DNA from: Vibrio vulnificus CMCP6
GTDB lineage: Bacteria > Pseudomonadota > Gammaproteobacteria > Enterobacterales > Vibrionaceae
Assembly: GCF_000039765.1 (NCBI RefSeq)
Contig: NC_004459.3
Coordinates: 90,001 to 122,000, forward strand
Length of the DNA stretch: 32,000 nucleotides
Direction of reading: 5' to 3'
Position numbers and translations under genes: made by a program. How positions within the stretch are numbered: the first letter of the stretch is position 1; each line of letters opens with the position of its first letter. This document shows, piece by piece, positions 1 to 6,278 of this stretch. The notes beneath the pieces were generated by a model. It had not been told where the DNA came from. It was given only the letters and a program-made list of their open reading frames with translations, and made no database searches.

Positions 1-465
1 ACCGACCAAACGACTGCGGGTATTTTTTGAATGTTGAATGGCTCGAACAATTTCAGGAACGGTAGACGCATCCACTGGCGATTGTTCAGAAATTAAGTCG
101 ACACGGAACTGACCTGGAATGAGATTTTCTTCATCTTCAAACCACTCCACCGCTTTGAGCGAGTCGGCACGAATAGCTTCAATGCTCTTATCAATCGCGT
201 AGCGGGTACCTTTATAAATATGAATATCTAGTGCAGTGGCACAAACTCGACGTTTCGTTTCAATCGGCCAACTGTCATCCCAGTCATCGACAGAAAGCTC
301 CCATGCCAAATAAGGCAGAAGATCCTCTCGGCACGCCCACGGATTGAGAAAATCGCGAATATCGCGCTCAATCAAGCCAATCTCTTCCCAAAATATCTGC
401 TCTAAGACGCGCTCAAGCTTTGAAGCTGAAGGCGGTAAAGTCGTTACGAATTCGCCATTCATCAT
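1..465 (-). CDS. Phage tail protein I (P2 gpI-like), N-terminal 155 codons; the C-terminus is beyond the window
   Basis: My own minus-strand translation from ATG 465 gives MMNGEFVTTLPPSASKLERVLEQIFWEEIGLIERDIRDFLNPWACREDLLPYLAWELSVDDWDDSWPIETKRRV... This fits the gpI family pattern (LPP..s.lE.. / LLPyLAWelsVD.WD..W). The frame is open to position 1. The start overlaps the gpJ stop (ATGA). This ORF is not in the ORF track. Confidence 0.8.
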   Translation of the reverse strand, partial: MMNGEFVTTLPPSASKLERVLEQIFWEEIGLIERDIRDFLNPWACREDLLPYLAWELSVDDWDDSWPIETKRRVCATALDIHIYKGTRYAIDKSIEAIRADSLKAVEWFEDEENLIPGQFRVDLISEQSPVDASTVPEIVRAIQHSKNTRSRLVG

Positions 466-1322
466 GCACCTGCCTTTCTCACCACAATTTCATAGCAATA
501 TGGCGCTTGCGATTTGGAGCAGGCGATCTCTTCCTGCGGGGCAATCAGCTCAACTTTTGAAACAGGTTGGTAAACGCTGTCTACACTGTCGCGCTTTACG
601 TGGGCAGCAGCGTAAATGGCGGAAAACGAGACATCGCCACCCAAGCGGTGTGCATCATCTGCCAACTTTTGTAAACGCTGCTGTGCCAACTGGAGCGTTT
701 GTTGCTCGCCAGGGCCAGTCGGCATATGCAGGGCAACTTCTATTCGGTAACGGGAAATTTCAGCAGGTAGCACAAATAGCCGATCGCTTAATGGCCTTTT
801 GGTTTGCGCATCGAGGTTGTCAAAAACAATCTGGCAGAGCTCTGGTGTCGCCACACCCTCATCTTTACGACTGAGGATATAAAGGTGAATTTGCAGATCA
901 ATGGGGTTAAGCGGGAAAGCATCGAGCACATCTTCATGGGCATTCAAAGCGTGGAAAATATAAGCGCCATCTGGCCCTGCAGTACTGAATCCTTCCGGTG
1001 CCATCTGAACGCGGCGGCGATATTGCTCATCCGTTTCAGTGTCATATTTTTCAACTGGGCGAGCAGCGCCTAAGTGCTGTAAATTCGCGCCACCGGAAAA
1101 TGCCACCATGTTATCCAAGCTCATGTCTTGGAATTCTTGCCTAGCACGTGTCACTTCTTCAGACATAGCGGAAAAAGCGTTGTAGAGTGGGTCTCCCACT
1201 TTTGGAGCATCGATACCCATCAGCTGCGCATAGCGATTAAGCATGCGCGCTCGAATGCTTGCTGCATCGAGTTGTTTCACCACTTCCGGTGGCGGTAGCT
1301 GAGGAATTTCAATCTGACTCAA
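462..1322 (-). CDS. Baseplate assembly protein J (P2 gpJ-like)
   Basis: 286 aa. Position between gpW and gpI. Its size and sequence look like the Baseplate_J family. Overlaps the gpW stop by 4 nt. Confidence 0.85.
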   Translation of the reverse strand: MSQIEIPQLPPPEVVKQLDAASIRARMLNRYAQLMGIDAPKVGDPLYNAFSAMSEEVTRARQEFQDMSLDNMVAFSGGANLQHLGAARPVEKYDTETDEQYRRRVQMAPEGFSTAGPDGAYIFHALNAHEDVLDAFPLNPIDLQIHLYILSRKDEGVATPELCQIVFDNLDAQTKRPLSDRLFVLPAEISRYRIEVALHMPTGPGEQQTLQLAQQRLQKLADDAHRLGGDVSFSAIYAAAHVKRDSVDSVYQPVSKVELIAPQEEIACSKSQAPYCYEIVVRKAGA

Positions 1323-1666
1323 ACTCGAAGCCCTGTGATGCGCTCAACGCTGCCATCAAACAGCAACGTTACGTCTAACGAAATGGAGACACTATTCTCA
1401 CCGCGCTCCAACCAAACCTTGTTGAGTTTTAGCTCGTCAACAAAGCCATTGGGAGGGTGTGCCAGCATCTCAGCGATATCGGCATAGATATCCATTTCAA
1501 GTTCTGGCGTGATATTGCGGTCCACTCGTTCAGGGAGATTTGAGCCAAAACTGCGATTAAGGGGCACGGTTCGGCGACGAGTTCGCATGCAACGCTGAAT
1601 GCGCTGCCTCAATTCTTCTACACCTGTGATGAGCTCACCTGTGGTTTCATGAATTCCGGTTGCCAT
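1319..1666 (-). CDS. Baseplate assembly protein W (GPW/gp25 family)
   Basis: 115 aa, the same length as P2 gpW. The gp25-like pattern is present (TRRRTVPLNRSFGSNL...). Synteny is V-(x)-PAAR-W-J-I. Confidence 0.85.
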   Translation of the reverse strand: MATGIHETTGELITGVEELRQRIQRCMRTRRRTVPLNRSFGSNLPERVDRNITPELEMDIYADIAEMLAHPPNGFVDELKLNKVWLERGENSVSISLDVTLLFDGSVERITGLRV

Positions 1667-1669
1667 GAT

Positions 1670-1957
1670 TTACCCTGCGAAAACGTTGGGAGAACCTGCC
1701 GCGACAGCAGAGCCACAATCGACACTGTCGCCAATTCGTGCCAGTGCCTGACCATTCACAAACACTGTAGAGCTGCCTGTGGCTTGAGTTCCTGCGTGGC
1801 AGGAAGGAGAAGGATTACAGTGAACCGCCCATGAATCACCCACTCTTAACGCAGGCTTACCGTTTATAAAGACGTTACCGCTGCCGCTTGTTGATGTGCG
1901 AGGTGGAAAGGCGCCGTGTCCTGTACAACCGTCACCCTGTCGGGATGCTGCTGGCAT
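1670..1957 (-). CDS. PAAR-domain spike-tip protein
   Basis: Gly-rich PAAR-type repeats are present (VFINGKPALRVGDSWAVH..., VFVNGQALARIGDSVDCG..., SPNVFAG). I prefer ATG 1957, which is preceded by AGGAG with a 7-nt spacer. The track start at 1972 is a TTG. Confidence 0.8.
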   Translation of the reverse strand: MPAASRQGDGCTGHGAFPPRTSTSGSGNVFINGKPALRVGDSWAVHCNPSPSCHAGTQATGSSTVFVNGQALARIGDSVDCGSAVAAGSPNVFAG

Positions 1958-2417
1958 GCATGTACTCCTCAAGCTTTTGTTTACCTGAACTGTAATCGTG
2001 GTGAAGCACTACGTTCCAAGAGCGAGAAGTAAAGAATTCGGTTTCTTGTCCGGTGTCATCCGTTTGTGTGCCGTAGGCTTCAACCGTGACACTAACCGTG
2101 ATGGTGGATTGTTCCGAGGGACGAAACTCAACCAGATCCTTGCCTGGGGGTAAATCAGGCCAGGAAAAAACACGAGTGAGAACGCCGTTCTCGAGATATT
2201 CAATAAACTGTGGCCGAAAGAGCAACGGCATATCGTGAATAAGAACTTCAGCCGACTGCGCACTGGTTTGCGCACTGAAAACATCCGGAAAGTAAGGAGA
2301 AAATGTTACCTCATACCGAGACACTTCAACGGTTTCATCCTGGTAATAGATCGAGAAACGCTGATCAACATCCGTGTCCAGCGTTTCTAGTAGCAGCGGT
2401 TCTTCTGGCGTCCACAT
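1932..2417 (-). CDS. Hypothetical protein between the spike (gpV) and PAAR; probably baseplate or spike associated
   Basis: 161-aa ORF. Its ATG lies 1 nt after the gpV stop, and its 3' end overlaps the PAAR start. I recognise no family. Confidence 0.6.
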   Translation of the reverse strand: MWTPEEPLLLETLDTDVDQRFSIYYQDETVEVSRYEVTFSPYFPDVFSAQTSAQSAEVLIHDMPLLFRPQFIEYLENGVLTRVFSWPDLPPGKDLVEFRPSEQSTITVSVTVEAYGTQTDDTGQETEFFTSRSWNVVLHHDYSSGKQKLEEYMHASSIPTG

Positions 2418-2418
2418 A

Positions 2419-3042
2419 TCAGTTAAGGTTCAATCGAGGTGTGCTGATGTTAATCGGAGAATCCGCGGAGTGCGTCATTTCTCCTGCGCTGTGCAAATTC
2501 ATAGTGGCATCAGTGGATTGGCTCATTTGCCCTTTGCTATGGAAGGTCATCGTACCTTTGCTATGGAAGGTCATCGTACCTTCGCTATTGAAAGTCATAT
2601 CACCACTACTTTTTATCTCAACATTTTGTGTTGCAGTCAGCTTTGCGTTGCCTGCCGTGGTTAAGATCAAATCACCCTCGACGTGACCTGTCAGCTTGTG
2701 TTCTTCCATATCGTATTCAAGCCAGGTGCCATCAGGAAACTCGTGGTAATAGAGGTTCAGTTGCTCTTTGGGCTGGTCAAACTTGGTTTGGTTTAGGCTG
2801 GCAACAATCACGCCCCCTTGTGCCCCAAACGGTTTTAGCACCACAACTTGCTCGCCCACTTGCAGGGGCTTAAAACTGCGCACCTCGGCAGCGTGGCTAA
2901 CGTTCATGGGAATCCAGCCGCTCACGCGGTTTTCATCAAACTGAACTTTGTAGCGCAGCGGCTTAGCTTGCACTTCGATGATGGTGCCAAACTGGATCAT
3001 TTCACTGAGAAGGCGAACAAGTTGCGAAGGCGTATGACTCAT
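2419..3042 (-). CDS. Baseplate central spike protein V (P2 gpV-like)
   Basis: 207 aa. The N-terminal OB-fold-like region (GTIIEVQAKPLRYKVQFDENRVSGWIP...) is typical of gpV/gp45. The C-terminus has octapeptide beta-helix repeats (SEGTMTFH SKGTMTFH SKGQMSQS). Confidence 0.85.
   Translation of the reverse strand: MSHTPSQLVRLLSEMIQFGTIIEVQAKPLRYKVQFDENRVSGWIPMNVSHAAEVRSFKPLQVGEQVVVLKPFGAQGGVIVASLNQTKFDQPKEQLNLYYHEFPDGTWLEYDMEEHKLTGHVEGDLILTTAGNAKLTATQNVEIKSSGDMTFNSEGTMTFHSKGTMTFHSKGQMSQSTDATMNLHSAGEMTHSADSPINISTPRLNLN
2533..2604. repeat. Three tandem 24-bp repeats inside the gpV coding sequence
   Basis: tttgctatggaaggtcatcgtacc occurs at 2533-2556 and identically at 2557-2580. A degenerate third copy, ttcgctattgaaagtcatatcacc, follows at 2581-2604. 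The repeats encode the octapeptide spike repeats. Confidence 0.9.
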
Positions 3043-3575
3043 TAGAAATTCTCGTCCACAGAGAAATAATCGTCTTCATGGCCAAAGCCGACATCCGGCG
3101 ATTGCGAAACGGATATCTCCTCTGGCAACTCACTTGGCCCAACAGGTAGCCAATCTATTTCGCCGGCTAAATCAAATGGGCCTGCTCGACATTCAGAGAT
3201 AAACCAACCATCCGGTGCCTCCTGTTGCTGAGACGTGGAAACAGACAGGATCGAGATATTGCCGAACGCACTTGAGTTGCAGAAGTTTCGCCACTCTTGC
3301 AAGAACTCGAGTTCAGCTCTCTCAACATCAAGCCCTTTGGCTTTGGAGCCACAGTAAATACGGCCGATCACCAGCAGCTTGATATAGGTGTTGTAGGCGT
3401 CATTGGGGATCTCACCTATATAGATCACAGTGAGCTCTCCGCGCTCCAAGTCGCTATTTTTGTAGGCGCTTCTGTCTTGCCAGTTGCGGCTTACGTTGCG
3501 CTCTGTATAACGAGTGCTAAACCCCGCCACCATTGCATCAAGAATCTGATTTAGGTTGCGTTCTTCTTGAGCCAT
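3042..3575 (-). CDS. Hypothetical virion protein (candidate tail-completion or baseplate-proximal protein)
   Basis: 177 aa from ATG 3575, preceded by AAGGAG with a 6-nt spacer. The track start at 3578 is a GTG. The stop overlaps the gpV start by 1 nt. The function is inferred from position only. Confidence 0.6.
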   Translation of the reverse strand: MAQEERNLNQILDAMVAGFSTRYTERNVSRNWQDRSAYKNSDLERGELTVIYIGEIPNDAYNTYIKLLVIGRIYCGSKAKGLDVERAELEFLQEWRNFCNSSAFGNISILSVSTSQQQEAPDGWFISECRAGPFDLAGEIDWLPVGPSELPEEISVSQSPDVGFGHEDDYFSVDENF

Positions 3576-4075
3576 CACACACTCCTTAATCCTGCTCGAC
3601 TCAATGCCATCTGCACCGAGGCATTGAGAATGTCAGACACTTTGTCTTGAGTTTGCTCTGCCGCTCTGTCGTAAAAATCGTCCGCTGGCGTACCATTTCT
3701 GGCAATTGAGCGAGCAATCATAAATGCCAGGTCTCGTTGGTCGGTATTGGGTGTTTTGGGTTGTATCCGTTTGACCTTCACCCAATCCAAGACAGATTGA
3801 ATCGGCGGCATACCTTGGGGGCCAGTTTCCTGCACAACCCAATTGTTGTAGTTCAGTGAGCTGGTGATCATACGACTAAGCTCCCCAACAACATTCGAAC
3901 GTATTGAGTTGACTAATAGACTTTCCGCTTTAGGCGCCTCTTCTCTCGCCGCTCGAGAGACGAACGAACCAGCATAGCTAACGGCAGATTTTAAATGCTG
4001 GTTCAAAACATTAGGAGCCGTTCGAAATGCTTCATCCAGCGCAGAGGTATTGATCTCGATATGAAGCTCACGCAT
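3575..4075 (-). CDS. HK97 gp10-like neck or tail-completion protein (tentative)
   Basis: 166 aa. The segment ...AAREEAPKAESLLVNSIRS...NYNNWVVQETG... resembles the HK97-gp10-like pattern (AP.dTG.L..SI ... Ya..vE.G). Position is between the lysis genes and the baseplate. Confidence 0.5.
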   Translation of the reverse strand: MRELHIEINTSALDEAFRTAPNVLNQHLKSAVSYAGSFVSRAAREEAPKAESLLVNSIRSNVVGELSRMITSSLNYNNWVVQETGPQGMPPIQSVLDWVKVKRIQPKTPNTDQRDLAFMIARSIARNGTPADDFYDRAAEQTQDKVSDILNASVQMALSRAGLRSV

Positions 4076-4673
4076 GGTTTACCTGCTCGAGAAACTGATT
4101 CATCAATTGCTGATGTACCGCCGCGGGCGTGCCGTTCTTGGCTTCTCCACCAATGCTGTTACGAACCGAAACAGTTTTATTTAGCTGATGAACCATGATG
4201 TACTTAACCGCCTCGGCTAGGCAGCGAAGCAGCAACAGCGGCTCATCTTGCGCATCAATCGAGAAGCTATCGCCACTTATCTTACGTGCTGCGTAATAGG
4301 TGTAAGAGAAATCTCGACCACAGCTCATCACAACCGAATCGGCGGGGAAATGAGAAAGCTGCAACCACTTTTTATCCTGGTCATCTTCAACCACCGTTAG
4401 CCTTGGCAAGCTGCGCGGGTAACCGCTTTCCCAAGGGTTTTTCGCACGCTGGCTTTGCCCGTATAAAACGGTCCGCACCTGCATGAGATCGGCAGGTGCG
4501 AGATAGAGCATTTGGCCTGTCATAAGCGAAAAGGTACCTAGCTTCTTTTGCGGCCGATAGCGGCTGTAATCGGCTAAGGCAACCTCGATCACCTGTTGTT
4601 CAACACCACTGATGAGCTCCGCACTATCCATCAACGCATTTTTGAGCCTTTCAGTCAGGGTAGAAATCTGCAT
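4068..4673 (-). CDS. Hypothetical virion protein (candidate head-completion or adaptor protein)
   Basis: 201-aa ORF. GGGGA lies 5 nt upstream of the ATG. The 3' end overlaps the next gene by 8 nt. No family recognised. Confidence 0.6.
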   Translation of the reverse strand: MQISTLTERLKNALMDSAELISGVEQQVIEVALADYSRYRPQKKLGTFSLMTGQMLYLAPADLMQVRTVLYGQSQRAKNPWESGYPRSLPRLTVVEDDQDKKWLQLSHFPADSVVMSCGRDFSYTYYAARKISGDSFSIDAQDEPLLLLRCLAEAVKYIMVHQLNKTVSVRNSIGGEAKNGTPAAVHQQLMNQFLEQVNHA

Positions 4674-4681
4674 ACCATCCC

Positions 4682-4978
4682 CTATTTACGGACGAAGTAA
4701 GCGAATGCGGAAGAGACAACCCCAAGTAACAACCAGATAAGATCACGGTTGTACTTGGTTTTTTCATTGGTTCCGCTTTGGCTTTGCTCTACTGGCCGCA
4801 GTCGGCTTTCCACATCGTCAACCGTGCGCTCTAAGCGCATGAATTGACTTTCAAGATTCGAATGCTTGGTTTGCAATTCAACCATTTGCCTCATTAACTG
4901 CGTTTGCTGTTTCATGTAGTCGCGCATTTCAATTCGAAAAGAGTGAAACTCGCCTTGAGAGACAGGATTACCGGACAT
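4682..4978 (-). CDS. Small coiled-coil protein with a C-terminal transmembrane helix (XhlA-like lysis-associated protein, tentative)
   Basis: ATG 4978 is preceded by GGAGG. The 98-aa product has a heptad-like central region (QTQLMRQMVELQTKHSNLESQFMRLERTVDDVESRL). It ends in the hydrophobic segment LIWLLLGVVSSAFAYFV. It lies immediately downstream of the holin. Confidence 0.45.
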   Translation of the reverse strand: MSGNPVSQGEFHSFRIEMRDYMKQQTQLMRQMVELQTKHSNLESQFMRLERTVDDVESRLRPVEQSQSGTNEKTKYNRDLIWLLLGVVSSAFAYFVRK

Positions 4979-5564
4979 TGCCACCTCCACGGAGTGCTGA
5001 AGCAATGCCACCAAGTACGCCCGCTGGCGCAATACCAGCGGAAACTTGTTTGTCTTGTGAGCGCTTATGAATGTTCAAACCAAGAACCGTTAGTGCGACA
5101 GAAAACAAAGCCGTCAGCTTTGCCGCTCCGGTAAAAGCTTGTTCGGTAAATTCAGGATGAAACAACATCAGCCCTGCAATACCAAAAAATAACGATGTCC
5201 AAGCTAAACAAACCGCATAACCAAACGTCGGACGCCAACGGCGAACATACGCATCATCGCTGTTCAGCTCAGCAACCATCAACTTATGCTGCTCAGTGAT
5301 CACCAGTTTGCGTTCTGCGCTTTCTAGTTCCGCTTGCTGATAGGAAAGCTCACGCAGCCGAACACGCTCTTCACTTTCCATCTGTTTGATTTTGACCAAA
5401 GCATCTGGATTACGAACCAGTTCTGCTTCGATTGCTTCCGCCGAGTTCTCCACCCCTAACGTTTCGGCAATCAGGGCGCCAACGGAAGCACCTGCAGGCC
5501 CACCGACCAAACTGCCGACAAGTGGTGCTGCGCCCCCAATCAGAGACTTCACTTTGTCCCACAT
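4968..5564 (-). CDS. Holin, 3-TM 'GTA-type' family (tentative)
   Basis: 198 aa. It has a Gly/Ala-rich N-terminus and a central coiled coil. This is followed by ...RRWRPTFGYAVCLAWTSLFFGIAGLMLF... and two further hydrophobic segments, which fits the GTA_holin_3TM pattern (WRP..G). A strong AAGGAG precedes the ATG with a 6-nt spacer. Confidence 0.6.
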   Translation of the reverse strand: MWDKVKSLIGGAAPLVGSLVGGPAGASVGALIAETLGVENSAEAIEAELVRNPDALVKIKQMESEERVRLRELSYQQAELESAERKLVITEQHKLMVAELNSDDAYVRRWRPTFGYAVCLAWTSLFFGIAGLMLFHPEFTEQAFTGAAKLTALFSVALTVLGLNIHKRSQDKQVSAGIAPAGVLGGIASALRGGGNVR

Positions 5565-5576
5565 AGTTGCTCCTTA

Positions 5577-5606
5577 GTTGGTACCGTCATCAATGACGGT
5601 ACCAAC
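5577..5606. promoter_or_regulatory. Perfect 14-bp-arm palindrome immediately upstream of the holin RBS
   Basis: The sequence is gttggtaccgtcat-ca-atgacggtaccaac. On the minus strand it is followed directly by TAAGGAG and the holin ATG, with no U-run. It could be an RNA hairpin or a protein-binding site. Confidence 0.5.
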
Positions 5607-5613
5607 CATTAAC

Positions 5614-6204
5614 TTATTGTTCAGAGGTGGCTTTTAACTTAGATAGCGCGTCTTGAATCAGGGCTAGCTTCACTTGGTCATCACCAACCGCCAGCAGCTC
5701 AATTTGCAGCTCACTCTCATCTTTGCCTTCGAGCGTTTTGGCATAAGAGGCAGGGTCAAAATCGCGTTCAGCAGTTCGTACCGCCAGTTCATCTTCGATC
5801 TCTTTGAGTAGCCCTTTACGCTTCTGGTCGAGGGTTTCCAGTTCTGATAAACGCTTTAACTCGTCGTCGTTTAACGAGGAAAAGAAAGGCTTGATATCGT
5901 CGATTTTGAGCGCCAGTAGCTGCTCAAATACCTGATCTTGAAACTTACCCGCATTGGCTTTGTTAGGGTTTTCAAAATGAATAATGGGTAGGCGTGCGGC
6001 TTGCATTGGCTGCACAACCGTTTCACCGAAGTACTTGGGCGTAATGCCAAAGTTAATGAACAGCACCATTAGCTTACGATTGATTTCAGCGGATGCCGGT
6101 ACAAAACGGGCATCCACTTCGCGAGTTTCACCGGGCTGAACTGAGCGGCCACCGATATTCACGGTTTGTTCTGAATGGTTGGTAAATGCAGTAGTGATAG
6201 ACAT
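5614..6204 (-). CDS. Hypothetical protein downstream of the capsid gene (candidate head decoration or completion protein)
   Basis: 196-aa ORF with AGGTGA upstream of the ATG. The C-terminal half is charged and coiled-coil-like. No family recognised. Confidence 0.6.
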   Translation of the reverse strand: MSITTAFTNHSEQTVNIGGRSVQPGETREVDARFVPASAEINRKLMVLFINFGITPKYFGETVVQPMQAARLPIIHFENPNKANAGKFQDQVFEQLLALKIDDIKPFFSSLNDDELKRLSELETLDQKRKGLLKEIEDELAVRTAERDFDPASYAKTLEGKDESELQIELLAVGDDQVKLALIQDALSKLKATSEQ

Positions 6205-6231
6205 GATGGGTCACCTAAACCTTTGAGTAAG

Positions 6232-6267
6232 AAAAAAGCCCCGTTGCCTTACAAGCAGTAACGGGGC
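6232..6267 (-). terminator. Intrinsic terminator or attenuator after the capsid gene
   Basis: On the minus strand the stem is GCCCCGTT...AACGGGGC (6260-6267 paired with 6238-6245). It is followed by TTTTTT (the plus-strand A-run at 6232-6237). Confidence 0.7.
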
Positions 6268-6278
6268 AATGGCTCGTA

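Noticed and set aside
344-874. 176-aa plus-strand ORF, together with 804-1073 (+)
   Set aside because: It is entirely antisense to the well-supported gpI and gpJ genes. Its composition is Arg/Ser/His-rich and typical of an antisense frame. It has no RBS.
2533-2604. Possibility of a CRISPR-like or non-coding tandem repeat
   Set aside because: There are only three contiguous units with no spacers, and they lie in-frame inside a CDS, where they encode octapeptide beta-helix repeats.
2303-2686. Plus-strand ORFs with repeated PLLWKVIV / AMEGHRTF peptides
   Set aside because: These are the antisense reading of the 24-bp coding repeats of the gpV spike. The repeats are explained by the minus-strand gene.
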